Source of the DNA: Acidimicrobiales bacterium
GTDB taxonomy: Bacteria; Actinomycetota; Acidimicrobiia; Acidimicrobiales; SZUA-35
DNA length: 64,000 nt
Direction: 5' to 3'
Assembly (NCBI GenBank): GCA_050633745.1
Contig: JBOEHD010000063.1
Coordinates: 48,346 to 112,345 of the forward strand
The position numbers and the translations under genes were made by a program. A model generated the notes under the pieces. The model saw only the letters and a list, made by a program, of their open reading frames with translations. It did not search any database and was not told where the DNA came from. Below are positions 53,889-62,083 of the stretch, in pieces (position 1 is the first letter of the stretch; each line of letters starts with the position of its first letter).

Positions 53889-55612
53889 GGTTACGCAGGC
53901 GGTCTCCCATCGACCTGGATCAATCCGAGCTGCGCCACGCGTTTACCGTGTTCCGACCGGCGCTGCGCGGGCAGTCACATCGTATGGCCGCCGCCCTCGG
54001 GTTGGCCCTCGGTGTGACCACGCTCGAGTTGCTGAAACCCTGGCCGATCACCCTGGCGCTCGACCACCTGATCGGCCAGGACGGAGCCTCCGTAGCCTTC
54101 ACCCCCATTGTGCTGTTCGCCGCGGCGGCGTTTGCCATCCCTGGATTTCTCGGGCTGCTAGGCGAACGGCTCCAGATCGTCATCGCTCAGATCAGCCGCA
54201 AGGCAACCGTGCGGATCAGGGCTGACGTCTTCGATCACATCCAGCGACTGGAGTTGGCAGAGCATCAAAAGCACTATTCCGGTGACCTCCTCATCCGCCT
54301 CATGGGTGACGTCAACATGATCCGAGATCTGCTGTTCCCCAGCTGGGTCACCCTACTGTCGAGAGGTTCGGTACTGATCGGTGGGGCGGTGGTGTTTGCC
54401 GTCGTCGAGTGGCGGCTGTTCGTCGTGGCGCTGGTTCCGCTGCCGCTGCTCTGGGTAAGCGTCGATCGCGGCTCGGCGGCGGTCAAGGCCGCGGCGGGCA
54501 AGCAACGTCGCAAGGAGGGGGCAATCGCCGCCCAGGCCGCTGAGACTCTGACAAGAGTCAGTCTTATCAAGGCCTTCAACGCTGAGGATCGGATCTCGCA
54601 CCGATTCCGCAGCCAGGCTCGCAGCGCCGAACGGGCCTCGATGGCCTCAACCAGGAAGTCGGCCCGTATGGCTAGCTTGAGCGAGCTCCTCACCGGAGCC
54701 GGTGTTGCCCTCGTGCTGCTCTTGGGCGCCCGCCGGGTCCAGGCTGGGCTGCTAACCCCGGGGCAGCTGATATTGGCCGTTTCGTACACCAGAATGATCT
54801 ACAAGCCCATTCGCAAGTTGACCGGCGAAGGCGCTCGACTAGCCAAGGCCACCGCCTGTGCGCTGCGGGTCATCGAGCTACTCGAGCGACCGGTCGAGGC
54901 TGGCGATCGAGGCAAACCGACATCGTCACTTGGCGGTGATATCGAATTCGTTGGCGTATCCCACCGCTACCCCGACGGCCGCCAGTCGCTCGACAAGCTC
55001 GACGCGGTCATCCCGGCTGATTCAATGACCGCAGTCGTCGGGCGAAACGGGAGCGGCAAGTCAACGATGATCGGACTACTGCTGCGGCTCCTCCGCCCCT
55101 CGGGTGGCAACGTCCATATCGGTGGTGTCGATGTCAGTACCTACCGACTCGACCAGTACCGCCAGCAGCTGGCCTACGTGCCTCAAGAGCTGACCCTGTT
55201 CGGCGGGACCATCCGGGAGAACATTGCGTTCGGCAAACCCGACGCCACTGACGCCGAGCTAACGATCGCAGCCGAGCTAGCGATGCTCGGCCCGGTGCTT
55301 GAGCGGTTGCCCAACGGCTTAGACACCGAGCTCGACGAGGGTGGCACCTCGCTCTCCGGTGGCGAGGCACGTCGGGTCATGCTGGCCAGGGCGGCGGTCC
55401 GCGATTCGTCGGTCATGCTGCTCGACGAGCCGCTGGTCGGCCTCGATCCGGCCGCTCGAACCACGGTGGCTCGGGCGATCAGCAGGGTGGCGCATGGCCG
55501 AACAACCGTAGTCATACACCATGGAGACCTCACCGACTTGGCCCCCGACTCCATCATCGAGTTGGACCCCGAAGACGCTGGTGGCCCTGAACTGAAGGTG
55601 GTTGCGACATGA
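53885..55612 (+). CDS. ABC exporter, fused TMD-NBD (MsbA/type-I exporter-like)
   Basis: Six-helix TMD, then Walker A GRNGSGKST, signature LSGGEARRV and Walker B MLLDEP. The in-frame GTG at 53885 overlaps the upstream stop (GTGA). I reject the track start at 53807. Confidence 0.9.
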   Translation: MRLRRRSPIDLDQSELRHAFTVFRPALRGQSHRMAAALGLALGVTTLELLKPWPITLALDHLIGQDGASVAFTPIVLFAAAAFAIPGFLGLLGERLQIVIAQISRKATVRIRADVFDHIQRLELAEHQKHYSGDLLIRLMGDVNMIRDLLFPSWVTLLSRGSVLIGGAVVFAVVEWRLFVVALVPLPLLWVSVDRGSAAVKAAAGKQRRKEGAIAAQAAETLTRVSLIKAFNAEDRISHRFRSQARSAERASMASTRKSARMASLSELLTGAGVALVLLLGARRVQAGLLTPGQLILAVSYTRMIYKPIRKLTGEGARLAKATACALRVIELLERPVEAGDRGKPTSSLGGDIEFVGVSHRYPDGRQSLDKLDAVIPADSMTAVVGRNGSGKSTMIGLLLRLLRPSGGNVHIGGVDVSTYRLDQYRQQLAYVPQELTLFGGTIRENIAFGKPDATDAELTIAAELAMLGPVLERLPNGLDTELDEGGTSLSGGEARRVMLARAAVRDSSVMLLDEPLVGLDPAARTTVARAISRVAHGRTTVVIHHGDLTDLAPDSIIELDPEDAGGPELKVVAT

Positions 55613-56892
55613 TTCATGATGCGCTTCGATCGCTGCTCGACGAGCAGCAGGCCACGCAGCAGCTGACCGATGCGGGCCTAGACCTCGCCATCGCAACGCC
55701 CGACTACGTTCGGTACAAGCCTAAACAGCCAACGATGATCGGCTATCGGTTCCTCAGCAGAGACGGTAGCGAAACAAGAGGCTACGCCGTGTGGTGCCCC
55801 GACCCGCCACGAGCCTCAGCCATCTACGACAAGGCGCTGTCGCTGCGGCCCCGCCGATCAGTCTTTGGGCCCGGCGTCATACGGCTAAACGACAACGCCG
55901 TGGTCTACGGTTTTCCAAACGATGCTCGCCTGCGCCGCCTTCGGTGGTACTCCCAGCCGCGAAAGATAAAGCGTTCGCTACACGGACTGCCGGGTCTGCT
56001 CGACGACATCTCATCGCACAGAACCAACGTCGAAGTTCTGAGGTACAAACCCGAGCGGCGAGTGGTTGTGCGCATCGACCTCGTTTCCCGGACTAGGCTC
56101 AAGATCCCGGTGGTCCTGCGATACACCACCGGACGGGATGCACCCTTGCTGGCGAAGACCGCCGAAGCGTTACGCCGTAACGGGGTGGCTACCCCTGCTC
56201 CGCTCGCGCAGATTGAGAACGGTCGGGTCGGGATCGACGAGTTTGCCGCAGGGGAGCAGTTGCGGTCAATCATCGATCGAGGTTTGGCCTCGCCTGCAGC
56301 AACAGCCGATGCGATCCAACACTTCCACCGCACCACCCCTCCATCAGGGACCGCCAAGCGCCTCATCGACGATGATCTGTTCCAGGCCCGGAAGGCTCTC
56401 TCCGGTCTCGCAGAGTTACATCCGTCGCTCGCCGGTCCGCTGGCGGCGCTGGCTCAGCGCCTCTCAAGAACCGCTCCCCACAACCCCGGCCCGTTGCGGC
56501 TCATCCATGGCGATCTTCATCCGAAGAACATCCTGGGAGATCCAACCGGGCACGACGACACCATCACATTCGTCGACCTTGAACGGGCTGCGGTGGGGCA
56601 GCCGGCAAGCGACCTTGGACGCTTACTAGGACACGCCAAGGCGCTTGAGATCCGGGACCCCGGCTCGTATGCGACGGCCACGGAGTTCGCCCAAACCGTG
56701 ATCGATCGCTATCGGGTCGGGGTTCCGATTCCCGACGCCGAACTCAGTTGGTACACCGCCATCGCGCTCATCGACCAAGCCACCCTCGTGGCCCGCCACC
56801 TCGAAGGCGACTGGCGCTGGTCGAGCGCATACCTGGCCGCAGCAGCATTTCGAGAACTGGCCACGACCTCCACTCGAAAGGAACTGGTGTGA
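55609..56892 (+). CDS. Protein-kinase-like (APH/ChoK family) phosphotransferase
   Basis: Catalytic loop LIHGDLHPKNIL followed by TFVDLER. N-terminal lobe LRYKPERRVVVR. ATGA overlap upstream. Confidence 0.75.
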   Translation: MIHDALRSLLDEQQATQQLTDAGLDLAIATPDYVRYKPKQPTMIGYRFLSRDGSETRGYAVWCPDPPRASAIYDKALSLRPRRSVFGPGVIRLNDNAVVYGFPNDARLRRLRWYSQPRKIKRSLHGLPGLLDDISSHRTNVEVLRYKPERRVVVRIDLVSRTRLKIPVVLRYTTGRDAPLLAKTAEALRRNGVATPAPLAQIENGRVGIDEFAAGEQLRSIIDRGLASPAATADAIQHFHRTTPPSGTAKRLIDDDLFQARKALSGLAELHPSLAGPLAALAQRLSRTAPHNPGPLRLIHGDLHPKNILGDPTGHDDTITFVDLERAAVGQPASDLGRLLGHAKALEIRDPGSYATATEFAQTVIDRYRVGVPIPDAELSWYTAIALIDQATLVARHLEGDWRWSSAYLAAAAFRELATTSTRKELV

Positions 56893-58187
56893 GCCGAAAC
56901 GCAGGGAGGCCTGCGATAGCGGTAGTCGGCGTGGGATACGTCGGGCTGACTTCGGCGGCATGTCTCGCCCACCTTGGCCTTGACGTGACCGCAATCGACA
57001 TCGACGAGAACAAAATTCGCCAGCTCAACGGCGGCTCTTCGCCGATCATGGAACTCGGCCTCAACCAACTTCTGGTCGCAGGACTTGCGTCGGGTCGATT
57101 ACGTTTCACCAGCGACTACGCGGCCACCGCCAACACCGACATCGTGCTGCTCTGCCTGCCAACACCGCACAGTGAACGCGAGAACGGGCCCGACCTTTCG
57201 GCGGTACGGGCGGCGGTGATGCGGCTACGGGAGCAACTCCCACTCGACGCCATCATCGTCACAAAGTCGACCGTGCCGGTAGGCACTCAGCGAGCGCTGC
57301 AGGAGCTCATAGAACGGCCCGATATTTCCGTGGCCTCGAATCCGGAATTCCTCCGGGAAGGCACCGCGGTCTCTGACTTTCTGGAACCGGATCGCATCGT
57401 GATTGGCGCCGATCACCAACCGGTCGCCGACCGGGTGGCCGGTATCTACCGCGGGATTACCGCGCCGATTACCTTCTGCGACCCGCTGTCGGCGGAGCTG
57501 ATCAAGTATTCGGCCAACAGCTTCCTGGCCACCAAGCTCTCGTACATCAACGAGCTAACCCGCCTCTGTGACCGCATCGGTGCCGACATCGAATCGGTGG
57601 CCGAGGGCATTGGTTCCGACCCTCGGATCGGGACGTCGTTCCTCGCCCCCGGGCCGGGATGGGGTGGCTCCTGTTTCCCAAAGGACACCCGGGCGCTCAT
57701 GCACCTGGCCAGACGAACCGGGCAGTACCTGCCGGTTATCGAGTCGGCATACCAGAGCAACCTCGACCAGCTGGATCACATCGCCGACCGGATCCAGCAA
57801 CTGTGCCCGACGCGACTCGATCGGGCCCGTATCGCAGTGTGGGGTGCCACGTTCAAGGCCGGCACCGACGACACTAGGCAATCTCCGGCGCTGCAGGTCA
57901 TCGACCGCCTAATCGATCGTGATGCCACAGTCGTGGTCTACGATCCGGCGGCCAAAACCGATGACCTCCCAGTCGTTGCGGCCCCAGACATCTATGCCGC
58001 CTGTGACGAGGCCGACCTGCTCGTAGTGCTGACCGAGTGGCCGGAGTTCGCCGACGCCGACCTAACCACGGTCGCTCAACGGCTCGCAGGCAAGACGATC
58101 TACGACACGCGGCAAATCGTCGACCCGGTGAAGGCCGCCGACGCCGGGTTGTATCTCGTGCAGCTCGGACGTCTTCCGGCGGCCTGA
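56889..58187 (+). CDS. ugd: UDP-glucose 6-dehydrogenase
   Basis: IAVVGVGYVGLTSAACLA Rossmann motif, NPEFLREGTAV and the catalytic GGSCFPKD. The in-frame GTG at 56889 overlaps the upstream stop. I reject the track start at 56748. Confidence 0.9.
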   Translation: MSRNAGRPAIAVVGVGYVGLTSAACLAHLGLDVTAIDIDENKIRQLNGGSSPIMELGLNQLLVAGLASGRLRFTSDYAATANTDIVLLCLPTPHSERENGPDLSAVRAAVMRLREQLPLDAIIVTKSTVPVGTQRALQELIERPDISVASNPEFLREGTAVSDFLEPDRIVIGADHQPVADRVAGIYRGITAPITFCDPLSAELIKYSANSFLATKLSYINELTRLCDRIGADIESVAEGIGSDPRIGTSFLAPGPGWGGSCFPKDTRALMHLARRTGQYLPVIESAYQSNLDQLDHIADRIQQLCPTRLDRARIAVWGATFKAGTDDTRQSPALQVIDRLIDRDATVVVYDPAAKTDDLPVVAAPDIYAACDEADLLVVLTEWPEFADADLTTVAQRLAGKTIYDTRQIVDPVKAADAGLYLVQLGRLPAA

Positions 58188-59224
58188 TGACCACTCTGTC
58201 GGGACCGGATGGAACGCAATCATCTGTGGGGTCGGGCCCTGCGTGGCTGGCGGCCTGGCCGATCGCTTACCCACACGTGCATCGGTCGTGGACCGTTCGC
58301 TCCCCCAACGGGGCGGCATGGGCGACGCTGACCCCCGAGACGGGCGAGGTCGAACCGGTAGAACCAGCTGGCGATCGGCGGTTGCCCGGCCTTGCGGTGG
58401 CCTTGAGATCCGGCCGCCTTGTGGCATACCGGGCGGGGCGACGAGCCGTCGTCAGATCCCAGCCCAGCCAGACGAAACCGGGCAGCTTTATCAAGGTGGT
58501 GCGACCCTCCCGGGTCGATGGCGTGGTCCGAACTCACCAACGACTTTTTGCCGCCAACCTGCCGGCCATGATCCCACGAGTCCTGCAGTTCGACGACGAC
58601 GGCCGGATCGGGTTGGAGGCACTGCCAGGGCCGTCGGTCCACGATCTGTTCCGATCGACGAGCCACCGGGAACCGTCGATTCCAGTCGAACAGATCGCCG
58701 AAGCCCTGTCGTGCGTTCACCGGATCGAGCCCGAGGGCAACCCGCGACCCGATGACCCACCGGAGAAGTGGGTCGCCATGGTCGGCCGAGCCGAACCGAA
58801 CATGATCGAGCCGCTACAGGAGGTGGCATCACAGCTGCCATCGCTCCCGGCAGCGGAGCCAGCGGTGATCCACGGTGATCTACACGACAAGAACATCCTG
58901 CTGGGCGAGCGATCGATCGCCCTGATCGACCTGGACGGCGTGAAGACCGGCGCCGCCGAAGATGAGCTGGCCAATCTTGGCGTGCACCTTCAGCTGCGCT
59001 GCCTACAATCCGGACGCCCGATTGCCTACGGGCAGTCGTTGGCGGCTCGCCTCTATCGGCGCTACGGCGAGATTCGAACGGTTTCACCTTCCAGGATCGA
59101 TGCCGCGGAACGTCACGTTTGGTTCCGCTTGGCTTGCCTTTATCGATTTCGGGTGAGCAGCAGACCGTTGGTGCCAGACCTTCTTCACCTGGCAGCAGGC
59201 GGCAGCCAGGCCAGCAGTCGCTAG
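58187..59224 (+). CDS. Protein-kinase-like (APH family) phosphotransferase, paralog of 55609-56892
   Basis: VIHGDLHDKNILL...ALIDLDG and an N-lobe LVAYRAGRRAVVR. The ATG at 58187 overlaps the ugd stop (TGATG). I reject the track start at 58037. Confidence 0.7.
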   Translation: MTTLSGPDGTQSSVGSGPAWLAAWPIAYPHVHRSWTVRSPNGAAWATLTPETGEVEPVEPAGDRRLPGLAVALRSGRLVAYRAGRRAVVRSQPSQTKPGSFIKVVRPSRVDGVVRTHQRLFAANLPAMIPRVLQFDDDGRIGLEALPGPSVHDLFRSTSHREPSIPVEQIAEALSCVHRIEPEGNPRPDDPPEKWVAMVGRAEPNMIEPLQEVASQLPSLPAAEPAVIHGDLHDKNILLGERSIALIDLDGVKTGAAEDELANLGVHLQLRCLQSGRPIAYGQSLAARLYRRYGEIRTVSPSRIDAAERHVWFRLACLYRFRVSSRPLVPDLLHLAAGGSQASSR

Positions 59225-60561
59225 CCGGAGCCGTTACCGGCTGTGCTGCCGGAGCCGTTACCGGCTGTGCTGCCGAAGTCATAGCCGGCTGTACCGTCGG
59301 CCAGCGGGAGTACGAGGGTGACTAGCGAGCCGCCAAGCTCGCCACTCCCGATCTCCAACTCGCCGCCCACGGCCTCAACGGTGCGCTTAGCGATCGACAA
59401 TCCCAGGCCGGTCGAGCCGCCGGTCGACGAACCGGTCGCCAGTTCCTCCGCTCGGATTCCGGTGCCACCATCCTCCACCCAGATCCGAGCCTGATCGCCC
59501 CAGCGGCCGAACCCGATGGCCAGCGGAATGCCTTCTTCGGTGTGGGCAAAGACGTTTTCCAGCAGCGTGTCGACCGCAGCCGCCAACTCCTGTTCAAGCA
59601 CCGCGACCGGCAGGTGGCCAACACTCTGCACGAATCGCCACGGCCGAGCTTGATCTTCGGCTAGTACCCGCCAGAACTCCGCTCTGTTAATGGTGACCGC
59701 GGCGGCGTCACAAACCGATTTGCCGCCGAGCGCTCCCCTGGCCTCGGCGATCAGCTCGTTGACCACAAGGGTCACATCGTCGAGATCGGCGGCTAACTCC
59801 TGAGCCAGCGCTGGATCGTCGACGTGCTCTATACGCATACGAAGCTTGGTCAAAGGAGTCCGCAGCCGGTGAGAGAGCTCGGCCACCAACTCACGTTCGC
59901 GGTTCAACATCTGGGTGATACGAGAGCCGAGGTCGTTGAACGACCCGCCGAGCTCAAGGAGTTCCGGCGGCCCATCGGGCACAACGGTGACGTCGAGGTG
60001 TCCGTCGCCGAGCCGGCGGGCGGCGGCAGCCAATTCTTCGGCGGGCCGCACGATGGTTCGAGCCAGGCGGTCGGCGACGATGACCGAGATGCCGACCAGC
60101 ACCGCACCGACCGCCGCCAGTGTCAACCAGGCCCGCCATTGCCCCCGCCAGAGAGCGTCGTTGTCGACGAACACCCGGATTGCCGAAATGGTCTCCGGCC
60201 CGGTAGCGACCGCCACCACCACCTCCGCTCCACCCGGCACCGGCCCGATCGCCGAGACCCCTTCCATCCGGGCTCGCTCAAGCCGAGCCGAGTCGCTGTC
60301 GGATCCGATGGACCACCCCTGCGAAGTCTCTATCGACATCCGGGCTTCACGCCCGGCGTTTGTGGTATTCATGGCCGACTCGATCTGGGCCCTGGTCCCG
60401 TCGGCAACCAGCGCAGGCACAACTGCTGAAGCGTCGGCGGTTGCGGCATCGATTGCCCGATCTTCGGCGGTCCGTCTGACCAAGAACCCCAGTGGCACGA
60501 CGAAGGCCACAACAATCAGCATTGATATTGCCACGAATACCGCAATCAGCTGACGCCTCAT
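59221..60561 (-). CDS. Sensor histidine kinase (HAMP + HisKA + HATPase), OmpR-partner type
   Basis: Two TM segments. H-box ELSHRLRTPLTKL. N/G boxes (LENVFAHT, EDGGTGI, GSTGLGLSI). The C-terminal tail is STAGNGSGSTAGNGSG. Confidence 0.9.
   Translation of the reverse strand: MRRQLIAVFVAISMLIVVAFVVPLGFLVRRTAEDRAIDAATADASAVVPALVADGTRAQIESAMNTTNAGREARMSIETSQGWSIGSDSDSARLERARMEGVSAIGPVPGGAEVVVAVATGPETISAIRVFVDNDALWRGQWRAWLTLAAVGAVLVGISVIVADRLARTIVRPAEELAAAARRLGDGHLDVTVVPDGPPELLELGGSFNDLGSRITQMLNRERELVAELSHRLRTPLTKLRMRIEHVDDPALAQELAADLDDVTLVVNELIAEARGALGGKSVCDAAAVTINRAEFWRVLAEDQARPWRFVQSVGHLPVAVLEQELAAAVDTLLENVFAHTEEGIPLAIGFGRWGDQARIWVEDGGTGIRAEELATGSSTGGSTGLGLSIAKRTVEAVGGELEIGSGELGGSLVTLVLPLADGTAGYDFGSTAGNGSGSTAGNGSG
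59224..59271. repeat. Perfect 24-bp tandem duplication at the 3' end of the kinase gene
   Basis: gccggagccgttaccggctgtgct occurs twice back to back (59224-59247 and 59248-59271). It encodes the duplicated STAGNGSG tail. Confidence 0.9.
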
Positions 60562-61238
60562 GTCGGATCGACCAGCTTGATGCCAACTCCTCGCACGGTG
60601 TGCAGATAGCGCGGCTCAGCTGCGGTCTCGCCCAGCTTGCGTCGCAACCAAGAAAGGTGGACATCGATCGTCTTGTCGGCCCCACCGTATGGCTCCCGCC
60701 AGACTTCGGCGTACAGCTCTTCTCGGGCTACGACCCGGCCGGCGTTGGCCACCAGATAGGCGAGAAGATCGAACTCCTTTCGATTGCACACCACATCGGC
60801 CCCATCGACTGTCAGGGTGCGAGATCGGGTGTCGACCGTCAGGCCACCGACCGTCAATACCCGGGCCCCTCCGCTGGCGGCGATTCGCCGCAGGATGGCC
60901 CGAAGGCGGGCTTCGAGTTCCGCTCCGGAGAACGGCTTGACCACATAGTCGTCGGCCCCTGCATCGAGCAGGCGGACGATCTCCGCATCATCATCCCTCG
61001 CGGTGGCGATGATGACCGGCACATCCGAAACGGCCCGAATCATGCGAAGAACATCTGACCCGTCGACATCGGGCAAACCCAGATCGAGAACAACAACATC
61101 GGGGCTCACATCGATGACCGACTGCAGCCCGGCCATGCCCGTCGATTCGGCACGAACGGCGTGCCCGGCGCCAGCCATAGCGCGGATCGCCAGCTCACGA
61201 ATTGTCAGATCATCTTCGATCACGAGCACCGATGCCAT
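60558..61238 (-). CDS. OmpR/PhoB-family response regulator
   Basis: Receiver VLVIEDDLTIRE...DVVVLDLGLPDVDG. Winged-helix output domain LTVDGADVVCNRKEFDLLAYL...IDVHLSWLRRKL. Confidence 0.95.
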   Translation of the reverse strand: MASVLVIEDDLTIRELAIRAMAGAGHAVRAESTGMAGLQSVIDVSPDVVVLDLGLPDVDGSDVLRMIRAVSDVPVIIATARDDDAEIVRLLDAGADDYVVKPFSGAELEARLRAILRRIAASGGARVLTVGGLTVDTRSRTLTVDGADVVCNRKEFDLLAYLVANAGRVVAREELYAEVWREPYGGADKTIDVHLSWLRRKLGETAAEPRYLHTVRGVGIKLVDPT

Positions 61239-61340
61239 TGCTCACGACACTACGGCTTGGACGACAATCTCACAGCGGTTTAGGAGTAATTTAGGGGTTG
61301 CTTCAGCCTGGTCTGCTTCCTCTTCCAGCACACTGAAAGC

Positions 61341-62075
61341 ATGTTGAAGGTCGCTGGGTATGTGCTGCTCTGGCTGATAGGGAGCACCGCCGCGGTTGCC
61401 GTGGCATGGACCGGCGTTGCAGTGGTCGATGATGACATTATCCCCGCTTCTGCCCTTCCAGAGGTAGTAACCGATGGCCCGCAGTTGGCAAGCGCGGCGC
61501 AGCAGACCGATCAGTCAGGCGTCACGGCAGTCCAGGCCTCCGTCTCCTCTGTTTCACCGACAGCCAGCTCATCGGCGGCCAGCGCGTCCAGTCCGTCATC
61601 GGCTACAGCTCGGACTCCAGCCACAACATCTTCAGCAGCTGCGACATCTTCAGTATCTGCAGCGTCTGCAGCATCTGCGGGCTCATCGACCGAGGCACCG
61701 ACGACCGCGGCCACCACCAGCGCTTCGACAACATCGACAAGCGAGTCGACCTCGACGACGAGAGTGACTACAACACCGACGACGAGCGCGACCACCAGCA
61801 CCACGGCGCCAACCACCTCGACGACTACCGCGACGTCAGCGCCGACCAGCGCTCCCAGCCAGACGAAGACCTTCAACCTCATTGGAGGGTCGACGTCAAT
61901 ATCGTTCGCTCCGGGAGCGGTGAAGATTCTGTGGGCGTCACCGAAACCGGGGTTTGAGGTCAAGGTCGGATCGAGCGGCCCCGGCGTGAGCGTGGAGTTC
62001 GAAAGCGACGAGCAAGAATCAGAGATCAGAGCGTGGTGGGACAACGGTCCTGCAACCGATATCCGCGAGCGTTAG
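61341..62075 (+). CDS. Hypothetical membrane-anchored protein with a long Ser/Thr/Ala linker and a small C-terminal domain
   Basis: N-terminal TM (VAGYVLLWLIGSTAAVAVAW), about 130 aa of S/T/A low complexity, and a C-terminal ~70 aa beta-like segment. Divergent from the two-component system. Confidence 0.6.
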   Translation: MLKVAGYVLLWLIGSTAAVAVAWTGVAVVDDDIIPASALPEVVTDGPQLASAAQQTDQSGVTAVQASVSSVSPTASSSAASASSPSSATARTPATTSSAAATSSVSAASAASAGSSTEAPTTAATTSASTTSTSESTSTTRVTTTPTTSATTSTTAPTTSTTTATSAPTSAPSQTKTFNLIGGSTSISFAPGAVKILWASPKPGFEVKVGSSGPGVSVEFESDEQESEIRAWWDNGPATDIRER

Positions 62076-62083
62076 CGAGGCGG

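Noticed and set aside
53807-58186. Long 5' extensions of track ORFs 53807, 56748 and 58037 that overlap the preceding genes by 80-150 nt
   Set aside because: Each has an in-frame GTG or ATG exactly at the upstream gene's stop codon (53885, 56889, 58187), and homology begins there. The extensions are Arg/Pro-rich read-through of the neighbouring gene's alternative frame.
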